The notes under the pieces were generated by a model that was given only the letters and a program-made list of their open reading frames with translations, searched no databases and was not told where the DNA came from. A stretch of DNA of 64,000 bases from Okamejei kenojei (lineage: Eukaryota), in assembly GCA_035221665.1 (NCBI GenBank), contig CM069145.1, positions 19,034,001-19,098,000 on the forward strand. Direction: 5' to 3'. Of this stretch, positions 24,794-37,772 are shown in pieces; position 1 is the stretch's first letter; every line of letters begins with the position of its first letter. A program made the translations under genes and the position numbers.

Positions 24794-25430
24794 GAAACAT
24801 AGAAACATAGAAAATAGGTGCAGGAGTAGGCCATTCGGCCCTTCGAGCCTGCACCGCCATTCAATATGATCATGGCTGATCATTCAAATCAGTATCCTGT
24901 ACCTCCCTTCTCTCCATACCCTCTAATCCCTTTAGCCACAAGGGCCACATCTAACTCCCTCTTAAATATAGCCAATGAACTGGCCTCAACTACCTTCTGT
25001 GGCAGAGAATTCCAGAGACTCATCACTCTCTGAGTGAGAAATGTTTTCCTCATCTCGGTCCTACAGGAATTCCCCCTTTTCCTTAAACTGTGACCCCTTG
25101 TTCTGGACCTCCCCAACATCGGGAACAATCTTCCTGCATCTAGCCTGTCCAACCCCTTAAGAATTTTGTACGTTTCTATAAGATCCCCCCTCAATCTTCT
25201 AAATTCTAGCGAGTACAAGCCGAGTCTATCCAGTCTTTCCTCATATGAAAGTCCTGACATCCCAGGAATCAGTCTGGTGAACCTTCTCAAGTACCCCTCT
25301 ATGGCAAGAATGTCTTTCCTCAGATTTGGAGACCAAAACTGTACGCAATACTCCAGGTGTGGTCTCACCAAATCCCTGTACAACTGCAGTAGAACCTCCC
25401 TGCTCCTATACTCAAATCCTTTTGCTATGC
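24794..25430 (-). mobile_element. Young CR1/HER1 LINE 3' fragment
   Basis: 164-aa open C-terminal ORF2 piece (RPHLEYCVQFWSPNLRKDILAIEG...); (TTTCTATG)n tail; very similar to 14122-14757. Confidence 0.95.
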
Positions 25431-26059
25431 TCTAGCTCAAGTCAGTGGTTTTACTGGTCAGGGTTACCTTAATGCCAAAGTTCCCCGGCATGCTGGTGGT
25501 CTGATTAGCATCATGACATCAAATTAATCGTGTTTGCGTATCAGGCCTTGCTACTACTGTTTATTTACAGGCTATACTTTAATCTCTCAGATGATGGTCA
25601 ATATCATGGTTATTTATATGAAGTTTGTTTCAAACAATGTAACTGATGACCAGTTAAATGTTAACCTGGGGTGTGATTTAAGAACTAAAACGTGACCCTT
25701 TTTAATGCATAAGTAATGTATTAGATAATACTTTGGGCATATTCTGATTGTGTTATCATCATCGTGACAGAAAGTAGATCTATAGTTTGCAACTTGCGAC
25801 CTTTGTACTTAATTCACAGTTTGTTTGCAACAGTACATCACACTGAAAGTAGCAATACTTCTCCATTTGTGATATTAGTGTTGGTTTTAAAAATGATCTA
25901 CTGTAATTCTTATTGATTTAAAATAGTTGCTAGGTGCCCTTGGCTCTGCTCCAGGCTTCGGTGAACTGCTAATTGCCCCATCTTTCCTCCCCTCCACCAC
26001 CCAATTTTTTCCTCTCCACTTCCATTTTCCACCTCTTCTTTACTCAACTTCATGGCATC

Positions 26060-26204
26060 ATGAGCCTTGAACCACCTTTAGCCTTGAACGGACTTTATCT
26101 TGCACTAAATGTTGCGCCCTTTATCCTTTATCCGTGCACGAGAACAAATGATTTTCACTGCAACTGGGTAACACATGACAATAATAAACTAAACTAAACT
26201 AAAA
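26060..26204 (+). mobile_element. Rex1/Babar-type LINE 3' tail
   Basis: CTTTATCTTGCACTAAATGTT...ACACATGACAATAATAAACTAAACTAAAC; same family as 10743-10900. Confidence 0.7.
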
Positions 26205-26574
26205 TTAATGATGTCTGTTAAGTGTACAAGTCCATTTGTAGCAATTTTTAAAGGCAGTATGCCAGAATTTTGATTTCTTAAAGTAAGATCTCCACATTTT
26301 GTGAATTTTGTTTTTAAATGCTATTTTTTGATTTGGCATTGATTTGCCCATTTTAGTAAATGTGGGGGAACTTCTGATCCAGAAGATTAGGATGTACAGA
26401 TTCAAGATGGCTTGGTAATATGGATTCAGAACTAGCTTTTTCATAGCAGACAGAGGGTTGTAGTGGAATGTAGATATTCTGGCTGGAGGACTGTGACAAG
26501 TGGAGTTTCGCAAGGATCTGTGCTGGGACCTCTGCTGTTTGTGATATATAAATGACCTAGAAATTAAAACTAGG

Positions 26575-26750
26575 TAAAAACAAATAACTGCAGATGTTGG
26601 TTAATGCAAAAAATTACACAAAGTACTGGAGTAACTCAATGGGTCAGGCAGCATCCCTGGAGAACATGGATAGGTGACATTTCGGGACGGGATCCTTCTT
26701 CAGACTGATTCAGTCTGCTGAATTACTCCAGCACTTTGTGTAATTTCACC
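26575..26750. mobile_element. Fold-back Penelope pLTR/hammerhead insertion
   Basis: Minus pLTR ending CTTCTTCAGACTGATTCAGTCTG then short plus copy; 11-bp TSD TTAAAACTAGG at 26564-26574 and 26751-26761. Confidence 0.8.
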
Positions 26751-27140
26751 TTAAAACTAGGCTCCGACACCACTGATCTGCACCAGTGGATCCTTCTTCA
26801 CCAGCTGCCGCATGGTCCACTTGGTGCACCATGGATGATGTCAGCGGCTCGGCTGGAGGTTGCTCTCCACCTCCCTCATTCTTGCCCACCTTACCAGTGT
26901 CGCACCGAACCTGGGCGATGCTCTTATATCTAGGAAGTGGACAGGAAGCCTTCGCTATCCTCCCGTTGCAATAACACAAGTCATTCAGTAAAGGGGACCA
27001 CCTGTTGTGAATTGTTTACGTAAGTGTGTTTATGTAACTCGCCTATTACATAAGTCAGAGAGTGCCTGGATATAAATGACCTAGGCGTAATTGTAGCTGG
27101 ATTGGTGAGTAAGTTTGCTGATGACCCCAAAATTGAAGGA

Positions 27141-27435
27141 GTTTAGTTTAGTTTGGAGATGCAGCGCAGAAACAGGCTCTTCGGCCCACCAAGTCCGCAC
27201 CGACCAGCGATCCCTGCACACTAGCACTATCCTACAAATTAGAGACAATTTACAATCTATACCAAAGCCAGTTAACCTACAAACCTGTACATCTTTGGTG
27301 TGTTGGAGGAAACTAGAGCACCCGGAAAAAACCCATATGGTCACAGGAGGAATATACAAACTCCATACAGACAGCGCCCGTAGTCAGGATCGAAACCAGG
27401 CCCCTGGTCTGCAAGGCAGCAACACCACTGTGCTG
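27141..27435 (-). mobile_element. HE1-type V-SINE inserted in CR1
   Basis: Antisense HE1 with (GTTTA)n tail at 27141. Confidence 0.88.
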
Positions 27436-28793
27436 TTGTTAGAAGATACACTGGGTATAGATCAGCTGCAGAAATGGGTGGAGAAATGTCAGTTGAAGTT
27501 GCACTTTGGGAGGTCGAATGTAAGGAGAGAGTATACCGTTAATGTTAAGATCCTTAACAATATTGATGTGCAGAGGGTTCTTGGAGTCCATGTTCATAGC
27601 TCATTAAAGTAGATAGGATGGTAAATAAAGCATATGGTATGCTTGCCTTCATTGCTCGGGGGCATTGAATATAAGAGTCAGGAAGTTATAATGCAGCTAT
27701 TTGACTTTGGTGATGCCACATTTGGAGTAATGTGGACAGGAAAGAAGTAGAGGCTTTGGAGAAGGTACAGAGGAGGTTTACCAGAGTGCTGCCTAGATTA
27801 AAGGGTGTCAGCTACAGGGAGAGGTTGGATAGACTTGGATTGTTTTCTCTGTTACAACAGAGGTTGAGGGAAGACTTGATAGAGGTATATAACATTATGA
27901 GAGGCACAGGTAGGGTAGGTTGTCAGAATCTTTTTCCGAGGGTTGGAAATGTACAACAAAAAAGCGAATAACTAAAAGTTGAGAGGGTGAAAGTTTAATG
28001 GAGATGTGTGAAGCATGAGTTTAACGAGTTTGGAACACATTGCCCGAGGTGGTGGTGGAGGCAGATGCAATTGTGGCATTTAAGAAGCTATTAGATAGGA
28101 GCATGTAAGTGCAGGGAATAGAGGGATATGGATCTCATACAGGCAGATGAGATTAAGTTAACTTAACATCAAGTTCGGCACAAACATTGCGGGCCGAAGG
28201 GCCTGTTCCTGTGCTGTATTGTTCTATGTTCTATGTTCGATTTCTAGGGACTTACTTTTAATAGCTTACTTGCATTTACCTTTAAAAGAGAATTGAAAAA
28301 ACCCAAATACTTTCTTCATCACTGATTGTAGTTCTCTTTTGGGTAGTTACCCAAAAAAGCAAGAGTGATCTCAGAAAGCTGCCTATTATATTATCTAGTA
28401 CTGAGATTTTATCAGCTTTTATTTTGTTGTTTGCTGTTTTATTATTTCACAGTTAATTCTCAAGAATCAGGTGTAACTGAATCGTTTAATTGCTTGGGTC
28501 GGAATGGGAAGTTCATTAACATGAGAATTTATTACCATGTAGAGATTAAATAAAAATAGAACTTGAGAAAGTGGTAACTGACACGCCTTAGAATTTTATT
28601 GTTGGCCCAAAGAAATCACTCTTGAATAAGAACTGGCATCTGAGTCATAAATTGAAATAAATACATTCTGATCCATTTGCCAAGAAAATCTCCCATCCAG
28701 GAAGATTTTACAGTTTCATTTGAAGAATGAGCAGTTACATTGTGTCTGGTTCACAAAACAGCTGCAGCAATACAGTTGCAGTTTAATACCTAA

Positions 28794-29289
28794 AGGGCCT
28801 GTCCCACTTGGGCGACCTAATCCGCGAGTTCTACCGAGTTTGCCCTCGACTCATACTCACAGCATGGTCGACACGAGGTCGTAGGAGGTCTTCGTAACTC
28901 TGCTTCATGCTCGAGAGTGGTCTCCGCGAACTCGAGGCCTCAGCTAGGTCATGGCGTTTTTTTCAATATGTTAAGAAATGCCCGCAGGTGAAATAAGGTC
29001 GCCATGGAAAATATCAATACTTTTTTTACTCGTAGGTTTAGTCGTAGTAGGTCGGCATGTTAGCTGTAGGTAATCGAGGGTAGTCGAAGGTAGTCGTAGA
29101 TAGTCTTGACCAGAGTCGAAGGGAGGTCGAAGGAGATCGAAGGAGGTCTTCTTCACTCTCCAATTTTCTCGAAGTTAGTCGTAGCTAGTCGAAGCTGGTC
29201 TTCAACATAGTCGAAGGAGGTCTTCTACATGTCATTTTTTCAAACTCTTCTCAACTCGCCAATTAGGTCTCCCAAGTGGGACAGCCCCT
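28794..29289. mobile_element. PIF/Harbinger MITE
   Basis: TAA TSD both sides; TIRs AGGGCCTGTCCCACTTGGGCGACCTAAT / ATTAGGTCTCCCAAGTGGGACAGCCCCT; interior rich in GTCGAAG/GTCGTAG repeats. Confidence 0.88.
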
Positions 29290-30013
29290 TAACTCACCAA
29301 TGTGACAACTTGTGGGGGAATATTACATTGCTCTTTAGCTGCTCCTTTTCTATTGGTGTAAAAGCTAGACATAGTATCTGATATTAACTGCTGGGGGAGA
29401 AATTTTGTACAATCTTAAATATATTTAAAAATCATTTCATGGGATCTATCTTGAGCAGGTGGAGAGAACCTCATTTTAACGATGTATCCTGAATAATTAT
29501 TCGGTCAGCACTGCAGTGAAGTGCATCCTAAAGTTTAAACCCGTGATAATCTATTGCGAAACGAGCATTTTGTAAACTAACCCAAGCTAGCATTTTGGGA
29601 ATTGAGCTGATTCTCATATTAAAAGAGTAATAAAACTCATGATGAGGTTAACAAATGATAGTGCTCTCCTGTAAAGGCTGTTTTTTTTTTCCCTATTGCT
29701 GCATTCAGCAGACATACACAGGATTCTCCACCCATTGTACTATCTGTTGTATAAAATACTCGAGTTCGACCAATATTCCCTCTTGGCCGCTTCTGCTCAA
29801 GCCCTGATAATATCGGTCAAAAGAAAATATATTTCTCTTAAAATTTGATGATAGTACGAATTAACCACAACTTGGATATTATGTAAACCATCGACAATTG
29901 TTGCTATTCAGAGAGGTGAATTTGTGGTGAATTACCCAAATTAGTAGATTTTTAATCTTGGTTTATTTATCTGCTGAAAAACAGTGCACTTCTGTCTTAT
30001 TTATTATTTCCAG

Positions 30014-30070
30014 GAGGAATTTACAGAATTATCAGTCAGTGCTATTTTTCTGGCATCAGTACATCTGACA
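30014..30070 (+). other. Possible 57-nt cassette exon
   Basis: TTATTATTTCCAG| ... ACA|GTAAGT; length divisible by 3, two open frames; no partner exons identified. Confidence 0.2.
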
Positions 30071-30382
30071 GTAAGTGCCACTTTCACAGTTTTAATGCAT
30101 AAGGAAATTCCTCTTAAAATCTTTATTTGATCTGGCTGTGTTGAATTTATGCCCTCGGCTCTTATACAAAAGGAAATGCATCCACTTTGTCAACCTATTT
30201 TAAAGCTTTAAATTGGGTCTCCTGAAAAGAGGAATGAACTGATCTATCTTTACTGATAGTGGTGTCTGTTGAATTCTGATAATACCCTTTGAAACCATTC
30301 TGCACCATGTCTAGTTACTCTAATTTTCTTTAGCAATCTTTCTTGCCCCTTTAAAGGCTAGACCAGGGTATTGAATTTGAAT

Positions 30383-30479
30383 TGCAGTCTGAAGAAGGGT
30401 CTCAACCCGAAACGTCACCCATTCCTTCTCTCCAGAGATGCTGCCTGTCTCGCTCAGTTACTTCAACAATTTGTGTCTA
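30383..30479 (+). mobile_element. Solo Penelope pLTR/hammerhead insertion
   Basis: CAGTCTGAAGAAGGGTCTCAACCCGAAACGTCACCC; TSD TATTGAATTTG(A/G)AT at 30369-30382 and 30480-30493. Confidence 0.85.
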
Positions 30480-30887
30480 TATTGAATTTGGATGATCTGC
30501 CATGGCAGATTATTAAATAGCAGAGTAGACTCAAAGTATTGAATGGCTCACTCTTGTCCTGTTTTCTATTTCTGTATTTCCTACTGGACTAGCAATGAAG
30601 AACCAATTTGCTTGAGATATCAATAACAATAGGTTTAGGTCCCTTTTCACCTGCTGTGCACATTTTAGCTTCCTTTGTCGACAAGCGTCATGTTGCCTAC
30701 TCAGGCTTAATGCAGAAAAACAATCCATTGCAAAATAAACATTTCAAATAGTTTCACGAATTGCATAATGCCAATATATATATAAAATAAACCAATCATT
30801 CTTTTTCATTCCCTTAGTGTCTTGAGTTCCTTTATTAGTGCACCGGTACAGTGGTATCACAAATCTCACAGAGAACTATTTTGTTTT

Positions 30888-31033
30888 GGCAGCATCTCTG
30901 GAGAGAAGGAGCTGGTAATGTTTCGGGTGGAGACACTCTTTCCGAAGAAGGGCCTCGATCCGAAACGTCACCTATTCCTTCTCTCCAGAGATGCTGCCTG
31001 ACCCGCTGAGTTACTCCAGCATTTTGCGTCTAG
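30888..31033. mobile_element. Fold-back Penelope pLTR/hammerhead pair
   Basis: Minus copy joined at CTCTTCCGAAGAAGG to plus copy GGGCCTCGATCCGAAACGTC. Confidence 0.8.
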
Positions 31034-31424
31034 TTCCTTCTCTTCACTGAAGTCCTCATCGGGCTTTTCTGTAGAGGAACCAAACTTGGCCTTGGGTACA
31101 TCTACAGTATTGTATACATGATCTCCATCATGGGAAGTCTTTGAACTTCTTGGGAATAAAGTACTCAACATAAGACTCCCAGCATGATGTAGCTTCACCC
31201 TTAGCTTTCTAAGTATGTCCCTGAACCCTTTCCAAATCCAGAACACCTCTTCTTTCCACCACCATCAAGGCTTCCAGCATAGAACCCAAAACACTCTCAT
31301 GCTGTGTCAATCCTCACTGTTTCTCAGACCAGACTTGATTATGCAACAATCAGTATATGCTCCAGTCACTCTTCACCTACACTTTAAAGATGTCCAGAAT
31401 ACCTTTATAGGATTCAGTAATAAA

Positions 31425-31543
31425 AAGGAACTGCTGGTTTATACCAAAGATAGACACAAAGTGCTGGAATAACTCAGCAGGCCAAGCAGCATCTCTGGAG
31501 AAAATGGATAAGTGATGTTTCAGGTTAGGACCTTTCTTCAGAC
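31425..31543 (-). mobile_element. Solo Penelope pLTR/hammerhead fragment
   Basis: Antisense copy ending TTTCTTCAGAC. Confidence 0.75.
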
Positions 31544-31989
31544 ATCTTGTTTTAACTGTTATCATTATAATTTTAAATGCTGTACTCATGCAGGTAACTA
31601 ATCTACAGGTGTTAGAAAATGTTACCTGTGTAAGTCGCAATAATGAGCAGGCAACATGAAAAAGTGATGTTGTTTTCATTGTAGTATCTGTAATTGTGCT
31701 TGCCAACTATTCGACTTAACAGGCTGAATATATACCCTACAACTCTGCAACTAATGTTCAGTTATATGGTCTATGGTTTCCTAGATTAATAATGTCTCCC
31801 ATTTTGAAGACATGAATTGTTTGTGCTGTTTGCCATCCTCAGGTTGTTTCTCATTGTGCAATGAAATTTATTTATAAATGTTGGTGGTTCCAGTGACACA
31901 GCTAAGAGAAAGGATGAGGTCCTGCAACTTGAGGTTTGGGAGTTATATAAGGTCATTTAAAGAGCAAGGCCTCCAAGATTGAACCATTG

Positions 31990-32690
31990 GATCGATTCCA
32001 ATGCCACAAGGTAACAAGCATAGGAATGGAAGGATAGGTCAGATGAATGCATGGCTGAAGCGGCAGTGCAGTGGAATGGACTTAACGTTCCTCAATCATT
32101 GTAATCATTTCTAGAGAAGGTGGGATTCATACAAGGAGGATATACCATTACCAGAATAGGACCAACATTCTGTACGGACGTTTGTTGGTGCTATCGGGGT
32201 AGGTTTAAAGTAAGTTGGCAGGAGAATGGGGCGCAGTGCATGTGTTAGTCTGGAGAAGACAATCTTCTAGAGGTGAAATAGTTAAAAAGCTCAGTAGGCA
32301 GAGCAAGCGGGTGAATGTACATTGGTGGAATTCAAAGCTAAGTTGCATCTGTTATAACGCAAGAAGACCAACAAGTAAGGTGGATGAACTCAAAACTGTG
32401 ATTTATTTTGGAAGTATGATATTGCTGCAATTAGTGGGACTTGCTTGAATGAGGATCAGGACTGGCAATTTATTATCCTAGAGTATAAAGTATTCAGATG
32501 AGAAAGAGGGGGCATTGTACTATTAGTCAATGATTGCATACCTTCAATGCTGAGAGACAATATCTGAGAAGGCTCCTCAAAGGAGGTCATGGGGTAGAGA
32601 TATGGAACAGAAAGGTTGGGTCATTCTGCTGGGGGTGTATTGCAGAATCTCCCGCAGGCAAGAAGAGGTGGAGGAACAGATGCACATGTG
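31990..32690 (+). mobile_element. Old CR1 LINE 5' part (end of esterase-type ORF1, start of APE endonuclease)
   Basis: RNGRIGQMNAWLKR..LTFLNH resembles CR1 ORF1 SGNH domain; CICYNARRPTSKVDELK resembles ORF2 start. Confidence 0.6.
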
Positions 32691-32809
32691 AATATTGTAC
32701 ACTACTTGATTCAGTGACTCCTCTTTGACAGATGGGAAAACCTTGTCCCCAGCTTTGTCAACTGATGATGTAATCGAGTTTTTCAATTGCACTGAGCAGG
32801 GAATTAGAA

Positions 32810-34403
32810 GGTAGACAAAAATGCTGGAGAAACTCAACGGGTGAAGCAGCATCTATGGAGCGAAGGAAATAGGCAATTTTTCGAGCCTCTTCTTCAGACT
32901 GATGTGAGTGGGGGGCGGGGGGGGGGGGGGCGGGAAGAAGAAAGGAAGAGGTGGAGACAGTGGGCTGAGGGAGAGCTGGGAAGGGGAGGAGAAAGCCGGG
33001 ACTACCTGAAATTAGAGGTCAATGTTCATTTCGCTGGGGTGCAGACTGCCCAAGCGAAATATGAGGTGCTGCTCCTCCAATTTATGGGTGGTCCTCACTC
33101 TGGCCATGGAGGAGGCCCAGGACAGAAAGGTCAGATTCGGAATGGGAGGGGGAGTTGGAGTGCTGAGCCACCGGGAGATCAGGTTGTTTATTGCGAACCG
33201 AGCGGAGGTGTTGGGCGAAGCGATCGCCAAGCCTACGATTGGTCTCACCGATGTAGAGCAGCTGACATCTAGAGCAGCGGCTGCAATAGATGAGGTTGGA
33301 GGAGATGCAGGTGAACCTCTGCCGCACCTGAAAAGACTGCTTGGGTCCTTGAATGGAGTCAAGGGGGGAGGTAAAGCGACAGCAGTAGCAATTCCTGCGG
33401 TTGCAAGGGAAAGTTCCAGGAGAGGGGTTGGTTTGAGTGGGAAGGGATGAATTGACCAGGGAGTTACGGAGGGAGTGGATTCTGCAGGAAGCAGACAGGG
33501 GAGGAGATGGGAAGATATAGCCAGTGGTGGGATCCCGTTGGGGGTGGCGAAAATGTTGGAGGATTATTTGTTGTATGTGATGGCTGGTAGGGTGGAAGGT
33601 GAGGACAAGGAGTCTCTGCCCTTGTTACGAGTGGGGGGATATGGAGTGAGAGCAGAGTTACAGGGTATAGAAGAGACCCTGGTGAAAGCCTCATTTATAG
33701 TAGAAGAGGGGGACCCCCATTCCCTGAAGAATGAGGTCATTTCCGATGCCCTGGTGTGGAACACCTCATCCTGGGTGCAGATGCGGCGTAGATGGAAGAA
33801 TTGGGAGTAGGGGATGGAGTCTTTACAGGAAGCAGGGTGGGAAGAAGTGCAGTCCAGATAGCCATGGGAGCCAGTGGGTTTATAGTGGATTTCAGTCAGT
33901 AGTCTATCACCTGCGATGGACATAGTGAGGTCTAGAAATGGTAGGGGAATGTTGGAAATGGTCCAGGTGTATTTGAGTGCCGGATGGATGTTAGTGGTGA
34001 AATGGATGAAGTCAGTGAGTTGTGTGTGGGTGCAGGAGGTAGCACCAATGCAGTCGTCGATGTAGCGGAGTTAGGGCCACGGTACGCCTCGAACAAAGGT
34101 TGTTCGAAGTACCCTACAAAGAGGCAGGCATAGCTTGAGCCCATGCACGTGTCCATAGATACGCCTTGTATTTGGAGGAAATGGGAGGAGTCAAACGAAA
34201 AGTTGGTTCTGCGGTAGAGGAAGAAATGGAGGGCTTCAAGACCCTCCTGGTGGGGGATGGAGGTGTAGAGTGACTGGACATCCATGGTGAAGGTGAGGGA
34301 ATGGGGAGTAGACAAAAGTGCTGGAGAAACTCAGCAGGTGCGGCAGCATCTATTGAGCGAAGGAAATAGGCAACGTTTCGGGCCGAAACCCTTCTTCAGA
34401 CTG
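32810..34403 (-). mobile_element. Penelope-like element (Neptune-type), 5'-truncated, RT + GIY-YIG, flanked by direct pLTR copies
   Basis: FTMDVQSLYTSIPH, QIQGVSMDTCMGSSYACLF, YKPT..H.YLD..SSHP, CNRRNCYCC linker, NLIYCSRCSRCQLLYIGETNRRLGDRFAQH; pLTR/hammerhead copies at 32810-32902 and 34308-34403. Confidence 0.93.
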
Positions 34404-36332
34404 GAAATTAGACATCCCTCAAATACTATTAAAGATGAAGTAAACAGTTAGAACAATTTGAAAAGATTTCAAAAAGATGAAACAAAATAATTAATCCTTT
34501 TAAAAATACTTTAAAAAAATTAAAAACAATAAGTTACACAAACACTTAAAGTAGTGTAACTTATTTTATTCTTATCATTCTTTCTCAAAGCATTAAAATC
34601 CCCTTTCAAATAAATTGGTTTGCGCATGATGCTTTACCTGTGGAACAGGTTCCTGGACAGGATCCCCCAGTTTAAGTGCTGGAACAGTGCAGCAAGCTCC
34701 TTCCCCATTGTTGGATTCCATGCGGCGCCCATATTGAGACATTGGCGGGAATCAGCCGCAGTGGGAATCATGGAAGTTGCAGACATTTATGTTGGTCATA
34801 CCACGATGTGACAATGGGCAAAACGTGCCCCTTCCGTCAGCACTGTTGTGGATGTTTGTGATCCACCGTTGATGAGGCGTACAGATTTGTGGTTTATGCT
34901 GGATAGTCCAAAACCCTCACCACCACGTAGCATCTTCCCTTACCATCACCTGGCAATCAACCAGGACAGAGAGCGGCAGAAGGATGTGGGGAAAGGGAAT
35001 CTACTTAATTATCCTGTTAATATCTCGCGTACGCTGAATGAGTTGATAAAAACAAATTGTTAAAAACTGAATCTGTGGCAGCCAGATAACCAAGACATGA
35101 AAAATTATCCCAGTGGCCAAGACATTTGACATATCAGTGTATTCGTAGACCTAACTGCAAAATGACGGACACCTGTTAAAACATTAAACAAGAGACGCAG
35201 AGAATGAAGGCAAGCCAAATTATGTTCAAATGAACAGGAAATTGCTCATGTGCACCAGTATCATATGTGTATTTCATTTCATGCAAACTAGCAGGCATCA
35301 TTCCACTGGCATTCCTCAATTGTGGCTGGGATATGGTAAACAGCATTAACTGTATACAACTCAACTTGACCCTTTGTGCAGGTTACATTGGGAAATAGGG
35401 ACATTTAATCACAGGGTGATTTGAATTGGTGCCTATTAAGCATTTGTATTTTAAGAATTACCTTAAAAAAGTAAACAGTAAAACTTGGTTTGAAATTGTT
35501 TCAGCAGCAATCTCTCGTACTGGTACTGTTGAACTTAAGTAGTGTAAATAGAAGTCAGTGGGTACTGTGCCTTATTCGATATGTACCTACATCAAGAAGC
35601 ACCAAATGAGTGTTAATATATATAATTCTATAATACAATATACCAAATTAGTAGTATTTGTTTGCTGATCCTTGTTCAAGACAATTTTTTCCTAAAACAG
35701 TACGTAAAATCACAACTATCTGCTGACTTTGAATTCTCCAGACTCGGAGGAAGAGTTACCATTTGTAAACCTTAGATCAGGCACAAATCCTCTGGGATTC
35801 CGCAGCAACTGCTAGTGATTTAATTTGCTTATGACCTTAGAAAGTTAAGCACATGTATCTCATCCTAGAAGTTCCAAAGACAGAGGTAGTGGCTCTCTAT
35901 TTGACCTTCCTAAATGATTAAATGAAGTGTTTCCTTACGGCTTGGACTGTGTTCAAAATGAACAACATTGAAAAGATTTTGAAATTGTGCTTGCTTTGTT
36001 TTCCTGCATAAACTACAAATCTCAAATTGTATTGTAAAATGTGGAAACAATTTTGGTAAAATCATTGTTATGCCATCACAACAATACAGTATGGCCTAAA
36101 TTAAGAGCCTAGAGTGCAGCTGCATGTGCTGTAAACTCACAGGGTTTTAAAGGGACCCAAAATAGCAGGAAAACCACAAACTGCATTTGTAGAAGAGATG
36201 GCACCTACATCAGAGGTGCACATGGGCAGATTTATAAATTGGGAATAATCTAAGTCGATGAGAGACCACATTTTGTATCATGTAGGCCTTCACCTGCCAC
36301 ATGTTGAGCTCATACTGCTCAACGTGACACTG

Positions 36333-36778
36333 AGGGCCTGTCCACTTAGGCTATGTTTAGGTGACTGCCAGCGACTGTCATAGTTGTCGCAGGTCGCCGA
36401 AAAAACAGCGACTGGATCCCCTCTTCAACATAAAATTAGAAATAGAATCATTACTTTAACAACAACAACAAAACTAAGTCAGCACCGTCGACAACCTACT
36501 TCACCTGGCGACAACCTGCGTTAACCTGGCGACAACTATGACAGCACCTTCGTCAGGAGAAGTCAAGCTACGCTCATTGGCGTCAAACCCACTGTCGCCG
36601 ACTGTCTCCGAAAATCTTTCAACATGTTGAAAATCCAGCGGCACCCAGAAAGACGCTACGACTCTTTGGGCGACTGAGGAGACTACTCACGACCATACAG
36701 GCGACACCCCGGCAACCATGTGATGACAGCCTAGTCACCTGTAGTCACCTAAAAAATAGCCTAAGTGGGACAGGCCCT
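36333..36778. mobile_element. PIF/Harbinger MITE
   Basis: TIRs AGGGCCTGTCCACTTAGGCTA / TAGCCTAAGTGGGACAGGCCCT followed by TAA; interior GGCGAC/GTCGC repeats. Confidence 0.85.
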
Positions 36779-37214
36779 TAACTAACATAAAACCCACTCC
36801 CAATTATGTTTCATTAAATCATGCCATATTTACATACTATTTTCTGGTTCACTATCTCTGTGATTAATTTCCAAATGTTCCTGAGGTGTAATACATTTGA
36901 AATCGACATTGTCTGATGCTTCTACTGATGATACGGATTACTTGCGATACTTTATCTCACAAATTGCTTGGCTGCCAACTCCAAGTGTGATGAAAGTTAG
37001 TTAAGGAATGGGGGACCATTAGACGCAGCAAGCAATACAAGGGGAGGCAGGGGATATTGTTGGATGAGGAGGAAGAAACGTCTACAGGAGAGGTCATAGG
37101 CACAGTGGGTTTTCAGCAGGAATGTCTTAACCCAACTAAAATGAGGAGTAATTAGTAAAGTGCCTGTTTCATCAAGAATGTGAATTATATTGCGTGAGCC
37201 TCATATTCATCAAG

Positions 37215-37410
37215 TCATAGAATACGGAAATGGGGATTTTGGCCCAACTTGTCCATGTCGACCAAAAGGCCCCAAAGAAGCTCGTCACATATGCCCGTTT
37301 TGGCCCATATCCTTCTACACCTTTTCTATCCGCCTACCCATGCAAATGTCTTTTAATTGCTGTTATTGTATCTGACTCAGCTACATCCTCTGGCAGCTCG
37401 TCCCCTCACC
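37215..37410 (-). mobile_element. CR1 3' tail fragment
   Basis: Antisense CR1 3'UTR (GGCCCAACTTGTCCATG...GGCCCATATCC). Confidence 0.65.
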
Positions 37411-37544
37411 AAACGATTGGACTATGTCCACTATTTAAGCAACTGTCAGTATTCATTGTTTCGACTCGAACCTGCTTGTACAATTTTATTCCAAATTGTA
37501 AGCTGAGAATTGAAGTGTGAACCTGAAGGCACTGTTAATAAATA

Positions 37545-37772
37545 GAATTCTGCAGGTAACTCAATGGGTTAGGCAGCATCTATAGAGGGAAATAGATTGA
37601 TGATTTTTCAGGATGGGACTTTTTTCAGACTGAAGGGGCCAATGCTGAAGAAGGGTCCCAACTTAAAATGTTGTCTGTCCATTCCCCTCCACAGATGCTG
37701 CCTGACCTGCTGCGTTCCGCTCGCATTCTGTTTTTTGTCCAAGCTTCTAGCATCTGCTGCCTCTCGAGTCTC
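37545..37772. mobile_element. Fold-back Penelope pLTR pair (older)
   Basis: Minus copy ending TTCAGACTGAAG then plus copy CTGAAGAAGGGTCCC. Confidence 0.7.

Larger units (their letters stand above)
26398..28238 (+). mobile_element. CR1 LINE RT-to-3' fragment with nested insertions
   Basis: VTSGVSQGSVLGPLLFVIYINDL (26495-26560) resumes at 27085 with VSKFADD, continues to (TTCTATG)n tail at 28238. Confidence 0.9.

Noticed and set aside
24889-25383. 164-aa ORF as a host gene
   Set aside because: It is the C-terminus of CR1 ORF2, with a near-identical copy at 14122-14757.
34638-34950. Minus-strand exon candidate (CCAG|GTG...CAG|GTAAAG)
   Set aside because: Stops in all three frames shortly after the acceptor and no supporting context; at most non-coding.
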